A stretch of 63,289 nt of DNA, filler included, from Saprolegnia diclina VS20 (lineage: Eukaryota): NCBI RefSeq assembly GCF_000281045.1. It is 4 parts of 2 records of this genome, joined end to end, with 100 filler letters (N's around TTAATTAATTAA, not from the genome) between each part and the next. Parts side by side here need not be neighbours in the genome. Positions count along the whole stretch, not along the records: positions 1 to 16,090 come from NW_008246069.1; positions 16,191 to 32,063 come from NW_008246069.1; 2 more parts are not named here. One strand, given 5' to 3'. Of this stretch, positions 11,328 through 22,412 are shown piece after piece. The notes under the pieces are model-generated. The model saw nothing but the letters and a program-made list of their open reading frames with translations. It was not told where the DNA came from and did not search any database. Position numbers and translations under genes: made by a program. Numbering within the stretch: the first letter of the stretch is position 1; every line of letters begins with the position of its first letter.

Positions 11328-12976
11328 ATGCGTGTGTCGTATTTGCTCACCTGCTTGTACGTCATTGCGGCGTATGCGTGGGCCGAAACGACCGACACGA
11401 CCCGAGGAATCCCGCCGCCGCGCGTCCGCCGCGCGTGGAGCCAATATTCGCGCAACGAGAAGGAAACGTACATCTCCGCCGTGGCACTCGCGATGCAGAA
11501 AGGCCTCCACCACCGCTTCATGGAGATCCACATGGAACCGTCCTCAGAGCGCGAAGCCCACGACTGCCTCTTCTTCTACTGGCACCGCGCGTTCTTGCTT
11601 GCGTACGAAAACATGCTTCGATCGCTCAGTCCGCAGTATGCCGGCGTAACTCTTCCGTACTGGGACTATGCCACGATCGGCGCCAACTTCATTGCGGGCA
11701 GTTGCACGAACATGCTCACGTGCGGCACTCTTCTCAAAGACTTTGGCGGGTCCCTTCCGCTAGGTTCGGAGCCTGATCCGACGACACGGGCTTCATATCT
11801 GTAATTAGGCTCAGCAGGGATCAAGACGTTCACGGTCAATGGCGAAATTATCGAGTCGGACAATTGCGTCAAGTCCAATCTGACGTCGAGCTTCTGCCAA
11901 AGCACGTCGGCATTCATGAGCAATAAGTGCATCGGCTGCATGCCGCGCAACGATTGGTCCCAGGTTGCCGTGCCACCGGACGTCAACGTCCTTAGCGTCT
12001 ACAACAACATCTTGGGCACCGTGGCACCGACGCTTGCCGGCGTCACGAGCGGCGTTCAATATGGCACGCACAGTACGTTCTCGGTGTTTCGTCCTCGGAC
12101 TGAGTTGTGGTAGACATGGTCCACGCGGTATTGAATGCAATCATGGGCACGTTCGCGTCGCCAGCCGATCCAGTCTTCTACGCCCACCATGTACGGGAAT
12201 TGAGCGCTTGTGATCTTCTAATGAAATTACGTCGTAGGCCATGGTGGACGCGCTGCACACAATCTACTACAGCTGTGTTGTGGCGCGCAAGCCGCCAATC
12301 AACAAGGGCGCCGATGCGCGAACGTGGACCTCGTGTCGCAACTTCAATGGCCGCACGATCCTCCCGACAGATACCATCACGATGAAGGGAGGAAACGCTG
12401 GTAGGGGATGCTCATCCGTGATTAGAGATTCTCATTTCTGGACCAGGAGCCCAGCCGACGTCTGTGTGGCTGCCGACTCACCCGTTGAACCCGTACTTTG
12501 CAGGCATTCCAAAACTCTACACGGGCTACACGGACACGACACAGCTCGGTGCGCACTCGTACTCGTACAACTTTACCGGCACGATGCTGGACAAGATGAA
12601 CAAGCAGTGCACCAAGTTCCACCCGTCGCTGGCATCGTTTCTGTACGAGCCCAATGAGGAGGCAGCGTCAGCCGACGTGACGACCGAGATCTCGTGGCTT
12701 CAGGACGCAACACGGCTTGCGTCCAAGTTCTACACGGATCCAAAGGATGTCAACCTCCAAGTCCAGATGATGCTGTGCGTCTACTACAACGAGTGCCTCG
12801 GCGGAGTCTTCGACTACTCGGAAAAGTTCAAGACCAGTTTTCGCGTGTCGGTCAAGCCGCCATGCAAGAGTATCATCGATGACCTTGCCCGGGGTGATGT
12901 TGTGATCGGCGTACAGGGCTGGGAATCGTTGCTTCTCAAGCGGTACCCATGCAACAACCCGTCCGTCTTATTTTAG
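11328..12976 (+). CDS. Secreted tyrosinase-like (type-3 dicopper) protein, 5 exons
   Basis: Signal peptide MRVSYLLTCLYVIAAYAWA; CuA IH..AH..FFYWHR, LPYWDY; CuB GTHNMVH..DPVFYAHH after splicing. GT-AG introns 11764-11808, 12073-12113, 12191-12237 and 12401-12446 restore a continuous frame. Confidence 0.88.
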
Positions 12977-13699
12977 TGGCCACGGCGCAAGATTCTTTTG
13001 TACTAAATCGACAACAATGGTATTACACCTTTGGTTGTATACAGTTGTGTTCAGCAGCGCGTCGGCGCTGTTTATGAACGAACTCAGTACTAGTAGTACG
13101 ACGGGGCGATTTTTGACGAAGGTCGCAACCATGCATTTGGTACACGCACAAAATCTACTGCATGATTCCTTTAGCATCCAACTATGTGGGTATATAAGCT
13201 TCATGGTACGCGGAGGAAGTGTCATCGTTGCGGGTCGTTTGTTGAGATGAAGGCTAATGAAATCAACCGAATACGTAGGGTACATGGTACACTAGGGTCT
13301 GTGAACAGACAGCAGCCCAAGTCGTGCAGCTCGATGAGCGCCCCGTTTCATGCCGCATGCTGCAGCGCAGGTTTACGCGAATCGGTTTACGCGAATCGTG
13401 ATTCGCGTCATTGCTAGCTTCATGGTGCACGGCTTTCGCCTCCATCGCCGATCATTGCTTATTTGAACAAGTTATTATATTATGCAGGTATCCTTTGCCT
13501 GATTTCGGCTCTCAAAGTGCAGCATTTTGCGACAAAACTTCAAATTAAAATCCAGTGAATTACACAGTATATGCATTGATACAGTTTTCACTTTGTGCTA
13601 ACTATAGCCCTCCTTTTTATAGCCCATCAACGCCCAGGACTTCGTCTCCTTTCACTCGACACTTGCACTGTTCGTTATTCGTTCAGTTTTCAATCTATC

Positions 13700-15571
13700 A
13701 TGGTTGCTGTTTCCGAAAGCGACGCCCCTCCACCGCACAATGACCACTTTATCGCGGTCCACACCCCCAAGGTGAGCGCTGCCAGCAAGAAAATGCTTGT
13801 CGACGTGCCCAAGATGGGACTCACGTGGAACATCGAGTCGGTCACGGTCGAGATCCAGAAAAGCCGCAAGGAGAAATTCACCAAGACGATCCTAAAGGAC
13901 GTCAAGGGCGAAGCGCTGCCGGGTCAAATGATTGTCATCATGGGGCCGTCCGGCGCCGGCAAGTCGTCGCTCCTCGACGTCATCGCGGGTCGAAACCCGA
14001 AATATCAAGGCTCCGTGCTTGTCAATGGCCAGCCGTGGAATCAGAGCATGAACCGTCGCGCTTGCTACGTCATGCAAGACGACATCTTTTACCACACGCT
14101 GACGGTGAAGGAACATTTGACATTTCAAGCCGACTTACGCATGGGCAGTGCGTCGTCACCGGCCGAGCGGGCGGAGCGCGTTTCGTTCGTCATTGACGAG
14201 CTCGGCCTGAAAAAGAGCCAAGACACGCCGATCGGGAACGAAGCGAACCGCGGTATCTCGGGCGGCGAGCGCAAGCGTCTCAGTTTTGCGACCGAACTTC
14301 TCACCAACCCGTCGCTCTTGTTTGTCGACGAACCGACGTCGGGTCTCGACAGCTTCATGGCCGAGTCGGTCATTCTGCAGCTGCAAAAGCTCGCACAAGA
14401 AGGCCGCACGGTCCTCGCGACGATCCACCAGCCGTCGTCGGAGATTTTCGCGCTCTTTGATCGTCTCTACCTCCTCTCGAACGGTCGCACCGTCTACAGC
14501 GGGAAAGCGTCCGAGTCGGTTGCGTACTTTGCCTCGATTGGCTACCAATGTCCGACGTATATGAACCCGACCGACTACTTTATGCGGCAAATCATCATTC
14601 TGGACCTGGAGAGCCCCGATGCGGTGCGGGTGGCTGCGATTGCGGATGCGTGGGCGGCCCAGGCGGTTGCACCGACGGTGCCCAGTGACGCGCGGGCACT
14701 CGATGCGAGCATGGAAGAGTACAAGGAGACGCGACTGGGTCTTGTCGGGCAGCTTCGCGTTCTTTGCCAGCGCAACTTGCTCCGAATCGTGCGCGACAAG
14801 ATCGCGTTCAAAGCCCGCTGCTTCCAGAGCCTCTTCATCTCGATCATTGTGGGCCTCGTGTACCTCAACCTGACCATGTCGCAAACGGGGCTCCAGAGTT
14901 TCTCGGGTGTCCTCTTCTTCATTTCGATCAACCAAGTGTTTTCCAGCGCCAACTCGGAGTTCATTTCCGTGCCGTTGGAGCTGCCCATTATGCTTCGCGA
15001 GTGGAACGCGGCCCTGTACCGGTCGAGCACGTGGTACTTTGCCAAGAACATTTCCGAGGTCATCTTCCAAGTCTTCTTCCCGATGCTCTTCTTGATCCCG
15101 CTCTACTTTATGATTGGGTTTGGTCCGACGAACGCGACGGTCTTCTTTAGCTTTTACATGTACCTCGTGCTTCTCAACAGCTGCGCGACGGGGCTCGGCT
15201 ACATGGTGTCGTGCATGGTGCGCCGCGCCGACATTGCGCCCGTCATCGGCATCGTCATCATCCTCCCGCTCGTGCTTTTTGGCGGCCTCTTTCTGAACGC
15301 GAGCAACACGCCCGACTACTTTATCTGGCTCGAGTACATCTCGCCACTCAAGTACGCCTACCGAGGCCTCAGCCGTGCGTTCTGGAATTCTGTCGACACG
15401 ATTCCTTGCGACTCGAACCGCTGCATTGCAACCTCTGGCGCCCAAGTGCTCAGCAACATGTCGCTCAACGACGCTAGCTTTACCATCGACGCGATCGTTC
15501 TCGTCGCCATCAATCTCGGCTTTCGGCTCATCGGTCTTTTCTTTCTCTCGCGCATGGTGCGCTCCAAGTAA
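13700..15571 (+). CDS. Half-size ABCG transporter, paralog 4 (complete, most diverged)
   Basis: GPSGAGKS, ISGGERKR, LLFVDEPTSGLD, TIHQP and ABC2 TM domain. Confidence 0.95.
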   Translation: MVAVSESDAPPPHNDHFIAVHTPKVSAASKKMLVDVPKMGLTWNIESVTVEIQKSRKEKFTKTILKDVKGEALPGQMIVIMGPSGAGKSSLLDVIAGRNPKYQGSVLVNGQPWNQSMNRRACYVMQDDIFYHTLTVKEHLTFQADLRMGSASSPAERAERVSFVIDELGLKKSQDTPIGNEANRGISGGERKRLSFATELLTNPSLLFVDEPTSGLDSFMAESVILQLQKLAQEGRTVLATIHQPSSEIFALFDRLYLLSNGRTVYSGKASESVAYFASIGYQCPTYMNPTDYFMRQIIILDLESPDAVRVAAIADAWAAQAVAPTVPSDARALDASMEEYKETRLGLVGQLRVLCQRNLLRIVRDKIAFKARCFQSLFISIIVGLVYLNLTMSQTGLQSFSGVLFFISINQVFSSANSEFISVPLELPIMLREWNAALYRSSTWYFAKNISEVIFQVFFPMLFLIPLYFMIGFGPTNATVFFSFYMYLVLLNSCATGLGYMVSCMVRRADIAPVIGIVIILPLVLFGGLFLNASNTPDYFIWLEYISPLKYAYRGLSRAFWNSVDTIPCDSNRCIATSGAQVLSNMSLNDASFTIDAIVLVAINLGFRLIGLFFLSRMVRSK

Positions 15572-15685
15572 ATGGCAAGTCGATAAAAAAGGAAAGATCG
15601 AGCTATAATACATGTCGAACATTGTGTTGACGCTGTTTCAAGGGATCAAGTCTTGTCGAGAAACGAGTGTAATTGAAGTATTGCA

Positions 15686-16090
15686 TTAGTTCAAGGCCAG
15701 CGCAGCCGCGAGGACCAACACACTGCACGACGCCAACGTCGACGCAGTCGAGGGCACGGGCGTCGTTGTTGTTGTCGTCGGCTTGGGCTTTGTCGTCGTC
15801 GCCGCCGCCGTCGTAATCGGCGTATCGGTCAACAGCATTGGCTTCGGCGCAGTCGTCGAATTCTCCGCCGGCGCTGCGGTGGTGTTCGAAGCGTCCGTTG
15901 TCGTTGGCACCGGGGTGTCCGAGCTAGGCACTGTCGTCGCGGGGGCCGTAGTACCCAAAGGGGTGTCAGATCCAGACGTCGTCGGAGCGGGCGTCGCGGA
16001 CGACGGGTTCGGGCCGGGCGCGGGAGAAGGACCAGGGGCAGGACCGGGAGCAGGGCCGGGAGCAGGGCCGGGGGCTGGGCCGGGAGCCGG
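15686..16090 (-). CDS. C-terminal part of a Pro/Thr-rich mucin-like, probably GPI-anchored surface protein (5' end lost in gap)
   Basis: (PAPG)n followed by a T/P/A-rich stalk and a hydrophobic C-terminal tail STASTLASCSVLVLAAALALN. Confidence 0.7.
   Translation of the reverse strand, partial: PAPGPAPGPAPGPAPGPAPGPSPAPGPNPSSATPAPTTSGSDTPLGTTAPATTVPSSDTPVPTTTDASNTTAAPAENSTTAPKPMLLTDTPITTAAATTTKPKPTTTTTTPVPSTASTLASCSVLVLAAALALN
16031..16090 (-). repeat. 12-bp coding tandem repeat encoding PAPG
   Basis: CCN GCY CCY GGY units x5 running into the gap. Confidence 0.8.
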
Positions 16091-16190
16091 NNNNNNNNNN
16101 NNNNNNNNNNNNNNNNNNNNNNNNNNNNNNNNNNTTAATTAATTAANNNNNNNNNNNNNNNNNNNNNNNNNNNNNNNNNNNNNNNNNNNN
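16091..16190. other. Artificial contig spacer (44 N + TTAATTAATTAA + 44 N)
   Basis: Identical 100-nt structure at 32064-32163 and 62190-62289; the 12-mer gives stops in all six frames. Confidence 0.95.
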
Positions 16191-17519
16191 CTCCTCGTGC
16201 GCATTCCGGGCCGTGTCTGCATCTCCTATGAGCCATCGAACGACACCAACCTTGTGACGGTGCACCTCTACGGCAGCGTGTACAAGGCCAAGTCTCACCC
16301 GCTTGATGTCGACACGCTGCGCTTGCGCAAAGGTCTCACGGTGCTGACGCTGAATGCAGCGACAGCATGGGCACCGTCACTGACGAGCCTCGTGCATGTG
16401 GTGCTCCACCAGCCGCACCGCTTGCGGTACTGGTGCCATGGGATGCGGATGCTAAAGTATGTTGGTGTAGGTACCTGTCGACGACCGCCGACACGGTATT
16501 TTTGCCGCCGATCCATGGTTCGGTCCTGCCGTCGGACGCCGTGGGTCGCCGCTCGCACGTGCAGTTGACGGCGCGCGCCACGGGCAGTATCTACGTGAAC
16601 GAGGCGCCACCGCTCGAGATTGGCTCGCTCACGCTGGAAAACTATGGGTCGGGCGCGGTGCAGGTGCAGCTGCGGTCGCGCCTCGCAGTGCAGACGACGC
16701 TCGAGGTCAAGACCATGGGTACCGGTGCCATTGCCGTTGCCACGCCGCACCTCGATGCCAACCTCATCCGGTACGATCTTTCGGATTTTTGCGAATCGCT
16801 CACACGTTTGTATAGCACGTTTGCGGCGTCGGACGGAGACGTGTACCTCGAGGCGGCCACGCTCTCGGTGCCGTTTTTGCGCTCGACCATGGCGGGCGCG
16901 GGCGACATTGCCTACCACACGCCGCAGCACGGTGCGTCGGAATGTCGTTTTGGAAATTGGACAGGTTGTCATGTTGAAGTAGCGGTGCTGTGCGCCAACC
17001 ACGACGTGTCGATGCTCGGGGAGGGCACGATTTTTGCTGGCGCGATTATGTGCAACCGCACTTTTGTCTACTCGACGGGTCCTGGCCACGTGATTGTCGA
17101 CGGCGGGCTCGTCCTCGAGACGACGCACGCTGGCAGTGGGCACACGTCGTATGCGTCGACGCCACCGCTCTCGATCACGCACATTGGCTTTGGCCCGCGT
17201 GCAGGGGTGCAGGCGTCGCAGGACGTGCCACGTCATTGGACGTTTGCCCCGGCCCCGCCGATGGCTCCGCTCGCCGTGGCCAATGAGATGGTATGTCTGT
17301 GCCATTGCTGTAGAATGACGAGGTGCGGCAGGCGCTGGCAACGACGACCATGTCGCATGCGCTCGCGAGCAGCGTGCAAGGCGTGCTCTTTGTCTGCATG
17401 GCCGCGGCCGTGCCCATGGTACCTACCAGTGTGTAGAACCGCATACGAATGTGTCCTTCTTGTGTGTGTAGCTTCTCTGGACCTACTTGAAGCGCCGCAA
17501 CTACGCGCTGCTGCCGTAA
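16191..17519 (+). CDS. 5'-truncated multi-exon protein resembling GIN/DUF2807 adhesin-head beta-solenoid with C-terminal TM
   Basis: Repeated G-x-G-x-[IV] turns (YGSGAV, MGTGAI, AGAGDI, LGEGTI, TGPGHV). Plausible spliced C-terminus VLFVCMAAAVPM-LLWTYLKRRNYALLP*; exon boundaries uncertain. Confidence 0.5.
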
Positions 17520-17582
17520 GCATCGGGTTCGGTAACATGCCAACAGACAATACTGTTGCAACAACAGTTGTTTTGCGCGAAT

Positions 17583-19679
17583 TTACAAGGCGGGGAGGCT
17601 AGCGGAAAGCGAAATGAGGCGAGTCGCGACGGGAAACTCGGTGCAGCTCATGGCATCCTTGTCGCGAATCCTGGGCGCGATCGTGGCGGTGGTGTGTAGG
17701 ATGGGCAGGTGGTCGAGGACAGGGGTCTCGGCGTCCTTGAAGGGCGCGTAGGCGTAGGCGCGCCACGTATTGAATAGACCGAGCACCTCGGCGTGCGCGC
17801 CCTTGTCCAGCAAGCTGTCGCTGATCAACCTAGACATATAGGCGTGCTGCGCCGCATGTCCGTCCAAGGAATGCGTACGCGTGGTAGGCGGCATCGACTT
17901 TACTTTTGGCGGCCTAGTGTCGTCGGTCGAGGAAACTTGAAGACATCCCAATGCATACCTCGGGGATGGCGTGGACACCGTGTTGCAAGACGTAGAGATG
18001 CAAGATACGCAGCACGACAAGCTAGTGTCCCATGTGCGTCCGTCGTGTGAACGGCGGGGCAGCTACCTCGGTGTCGGGGGTTGTCAAGTACGCGGTCAGC
18101 ACCGCCACGACAAAGTCGGGTGCCTCGGCGAGTGCCAAGACGCACAGTGGTGTGAGCTGCAATATTTTATACATGGCTTGCAGCGTCATGGGCACAAGGC
18201 GCGGGAACTCGGCGGCAACATATGGTAGCACCACACATCGCACCACCGCGAGGCTCTCGAGGTACACCTACAAGGAGCGATGAACCTATATCCGTACGAC
18301 AATGGGTACGGCTTCCAGCCGAGAGGCTTTTCGACCAAGCGCGCTCGACGTGCCGGTCGTCGTCGGTGGCAGCGTCGCGCGGAAGAGCTGGTTGGCCAAG
18401 CCAAGAAGCTGCGTCGAGCTCGCCATCGGAACACACTTGACGGCTAGCAACAGCGCGCCCAAAACGCTCTACCGCACCACAGTGAGACAACAAGCCATGT
18501 CCGCATCCTACGGCTTCTCGAAGCGACGCGATCGCTCTACATCACTGTGCACTGAGCGCGTCATACTTTCATAGCTACGCGCTGTACGGTGGGTGAAAGG
18601 TCGTGCGCCACAGAATCTTGACGGCGAGCTACGTTGTGATGACGACACAGTGTCACGGCGGCGTTCTCTACCAAGAGCGTGCGGTCACTATGGTGCGCAT
18701 TGTTGACTGCGGCGCAGACGCTGTCGAGACCCTTGGCGTGCAGGAACACGGGGACTCTACGATGCTTGCGATACCATACAACCATCTCGTTGGAGTACAT
18801 ACTGCTTCGAGTCCTTGAGTGCATGGTGGAGTTGGTCGAGCGCTTGTGTGTGCAGTAGTGACAACGGTGTCGATTTGGCCAAGAGCTGGAGAAGCAGCGG
18901 CACAATGCTTTCGTTTCGCTGCTCTTCGAGGTCCATCTATGTAAATGTGCTCATTCTCCCATCAATGCGTCGTCGACACACCTGTTCGTGCTGCCGTTCG
19001 AGGTCGGGAATCGAGAGTGGCATCGGATGCTCTCTCTCGAGGAGTTGGCCGATCTGGGCTTCGTACGCCAAGTGGCGGCGCGTGAGCTACGCATCGTTGA
19101 GCAGCGACGGAAAAGCTGTGCCGAGTACGCGGTCGACTTCGCGCGTCTTCTGGCTCAGCGCCGCCGATGCTTTTGCCGCTTCGGACGCCATAAAGACGTA
19201 CTTTTGCTGGAGCGGATTCGCCGCGTCGTCGCCGCGGTCGTCTTGGGCGACGAGGAGATTGGAAATGTAGTTTTCAAGCCTGCAAGACGAGCATAGTCGT
19301 CGCTGATGTGCATTGGATAGCTGAGCGTACTTGGCAATTGTGAGCTGGAGGTCCGAGATGACGAGGTCCTTGTCGGCCACGTCGCTTTTGGCGCGACGCG
19401 TGACCGCGTGGAGCTCGCACTTGAGCTCGTCGACGCGCGCGATCAAGTCGACGTTCGTCTGCTGCGTGAGCCTAATGCCCATATCATTATACTGCGCAGG
19501 GATAGCTTTGTGGCGCACGTATCGAGTGCGAGCTGCTTTTGGTTGCTCGAGAGATCCTGCACGTCGAGCTTGGTCTCTACGCGAGCACCATCATCTTCTA
19601 CGTTTAATGCAAGGGGCATACTACTGCTACTGCGACTCGTGCCGTCTTTGGCCTTGCCCGCTCGTCGCTTCTTGACCAT
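17583..19679 (-). CDS. Multi-exon hypothetical protein (N-terminal coiled coil, C-terminal helical/ARM-like region); may be two genes
   Basis: Chain of coding-like minus-strand exons (MVKKRRAGK..., VDLIARVDELKCEL..., VFLHAKGLDSVCAAV..., YLESLAVVRCVV...). Exact structure not resolved. Confidence 0.45.
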
Positions 19680-20779
19680 GACTTGCCAACCGTTTCAACT
19701 GCCGAGTGTCGTCAATCAAAATGCGTCGATCTTGATTCGCTAGCTAGCTACCAGTAGCACGGTGTAATCGCAATCGCTCCACCGGATAGCGATTCAACAT
19801 TACGTCTTGCGTTTTAGTCTGCCCGAGCGCCAAGTTGTTGCTGGTGTTGAACGCGACGTGCGACTCGAAGGGCGGACCTCTTTTAAGGGCTCGATGTACG
19901 TAAAATGGGGATCTTAAAGGTTACGTACACGATATACAAAGAAAGAGGAGAAAGAGGTTGAAAGGTCTTCAGCACGTTGACAGAGGTGGAGCCTGGCTTT
20001 CAAGTGCAGTGATGCGGCTTGAGTTGCTCGTGCTGCCTTTCAACCAATCAGGCGAAGCTTTTGATGAAAAAGCCAAGGATTACGGTGTATTTCGACCAGT
20101 AGCCGCCTTAAAGCACATAAGAAGGCGCTTGGATTGGCTAAAATTCACGCAGATATCATCGCCACGACTGAGCTCCGCGATTGAGCTTCAACAGATGGGA
20201 CGACTGAGCTCCACGTCCGACGCGGCCGAGGTCGCCGTCCGAGCAAGCAGCCCGCTGCTTACCGTCTTCCAATAGCTGCACCACGCATACTGTAGCATTG
20301 CCTACTTATGTCTTACAGTGTTGACTCTTGTAGCGTTGTCGGTGACCAGGATTAGCTGCCGTAGCATGGCGGCAAGGCTGATGTGGTGCTTGGGCGCCCC
20401 GGGCCTCGTGTCGCACGTGGAGTTACCCTCGAAAATGCATCATGAGCCATATATTAGTTTTCGAGAGGAATTCGCCAAAGCCTCTGAAATTCGATCAATC
20501 GCGCGCATAAGCTCAGTCGCCCATATGAAATGCACCAAGCCCTTTTAAGCAGCACCTGGCTCATGGTTGACGTCGCTATACACAGCATGCGACTTGCTAC
20601 ATCGACCATCTTTCGATGCGTCTCGTAAGGAGACAAAGGCTCGTACAGACTCAGCGAAGCTCTACGATTGAATCCTGCGCTGTGGCATGAGTCCAAGGTC
20701 CAAGGTTGCAAGCGTCGCTCGTGTTCCTCGCACCCAACTCGCCATCTGTTTTTGACTTTGCCGTTTGACTTTTGAGATT

Positions 20780-20794
20780 GCATTTTCCATTTGC
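20780..20794 (+). promoter_or_regulatory. INR+FPR-like core promoter of the methyltransferase
   Basis: GCATTTTCCATTTGC directly before the ATG at 20799. Confidence 0.5.
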
Positions 20795-20798
20795 AGTC

Positions 20799-21590
20799 AT
20801 GACGACCAAGGCTGTTCACGCGGTCGCCAAGCATGGCTTTGTGAACGCGTCGCTCTACGACAAGGCGCGTCCGGGGTTTCCGCGCGAGGCGCTTGCATCG
20901 CTCCTGCCGCTTTTGCTCGACCCGGCGACCGCGAACGTGCTCGAGATTGGCAGCGGCACGGGCAAATTTACGTCGCTTTTGCATCACGACGCCAAGATCA
21001 CCAACCTCGTCGCTGTCGAGCCGTCGCAAGGCATGCGCGCCACGTTTGCGACGCTCTTTCCGGACGTGCGCTGCGTCGATGGGACGGCGACAGCGCTCCC
21101 GGTTGCCGACAACTCCCAAGACGCGCTGTTTGTCGCCCAGGCCTTTCACTGGTTTGACAACCGCGACGCGCTCCGCGAGTTTCGCCGGGTCCTCAAGCCG
21201 AACGGCACGCTCGGTCTCATTTGGAACATGGAAGACGCGAGTACGCCGTGGGTGGCGCAGCTCCGGACGATCTACGAAGCCTACGACGGTGTCGCGCCAC
21301 AGTACCGGACGGGCAAGTGGGCCCACGTCTTTGCCGCGAGTCCCGACCTCTTTGGCCCGCTCACGCACACGTGCATTCGCCGAAATGTCCCCGTCGCATC
21401 CAAAGAGCAGATCTGGGAGCGCGTTCTTTCCAAGTCGTACATCTCGACCGCGACGTCTGATGTCCAGGCGCGTGTCAAGGCCGACGTCATGGCGATCCTC
21501 GACGCTGCTGAATTCGACATTGACGCCAGCGGCTGCATCTTGTACCCGTACGTGACCGATATTTACGTCACGACGCCGACGCCCGAATAG
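20799..21590 (+). CDS. Class I SAM-dependent methyltransferase (Methyltransf_11-like)
   Basis: YDKARPGFP, motif I VLEIGSGTGKFT, AVEPS, DALFVAQAFHWF, RVLKPNGTL. Confidence 0.9.
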   Translation: MTTKAVHAVAKHGFVNASLYDKARPGFPREALASLLPLLLDPATANVLEIGSGTGKFTSLLHHDAKITNLVAVEPSQGMRATFATLFPDVRCVDGTATALPVADNSQDALFVAQAFHWFDNRDALREFRRVLKPNGTLGLIWNMEDASTPWVAQLRTIYEAYDGVAPQYRTGKWAHVFAASPDLFGPLTHTCIRRNVPVASKEQIWERVLSKSYISTATSDVQARVKADVMAILDAAEFDIDASGCILYPYVTDIYVTTPTPE

Positions 21591-22046
21591 TGGGTCGTGC
21601 CTTTTCGACGACAATAATGTCTTCAACAGATCCCACCAAAGTGTTTCCTCGTACTCTTGCCTCTGTAGTACCCTGGACGACTAGGAAAGTTGCACATAGT
21701 GGTGGCGCACTGGGTGCAAACCTAGCCACCGTGAAGCCGGGACAAGGCGAGGTGTGTCTACACGTGTGGTCCTACGGGGTCATTCTGATTTCGCTCTCCA
21801 CCGACACATAATGTCTTCCGTATCGTAGTGCATTGTCGGGTGCTCAGCGTACAGGTGGGCATCGAACGCTGTCTTCCTGATGGCATCGGTGTCAACACTT
21901 CTCGCTCTATGACGGTAGCGGCAGGATCCGCCCGGCGAACATCGTCCATAGAGGCATTCAACACATGGACCTCATTGATGCGCCGTGCGAATGACGACGA
22001 CAACGCGACCGTCCTGCACATGCATGCATTTGGTTATGAAGGTAGG

Positions 22047-22412
22047 CTACACGACGCGGCGGAGGTAGATGACGTCGACACCGTTGCAGCGGCCAAAGCG
22101 CTTGGCGCCGACGAGGCGCAGTCGCAGGTTGACGTCGTCTTCTTTTTGGTAGTGCCATTCCAAGCCGGAAATATCTTGGTGCATCTGGAGTGTCGAAGTC
22201 GCAACGTCGCAGGTGAACGAGCTCTCGGGTGGCAGCACGTGGCGGTAGCTCTTGGCGCTCTTCTCGATGCGGAACGTGACGCGGCCGTCGGCCGAGAACG
22301 CTAAATGGAGCTCGGCCTTGCCGGCCTTGACGTCTTCGCTCCAGTCGAGCGCCGTGTTGCCAAAGGCCTCGGTGCTTGCCCACGCCCCGACGAGGAAGCC
22401 ATCGACGCTCAT
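22047..22412 (-). CDS. Small intronless hypothetical protein (121 aa), beta-rich, lipocalin-like LVGxW start
   Basis: Clean ORF with host-like GC3 bias; MSVDGFLVGAWAS...VIYLRRVV. Confidence 0.65.
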   Translation of the reverse strand: MSVDGFLVGAWASTEAFGNTALDWSEDVKAGKAELHLAFSADGRVTFRIEKSAKSYRHVLPPESSFTCDVATSTLQMHQDISGLEWHYQKEDDVNLRLRLVGAKRFGRCNGVDVIYLRRVV

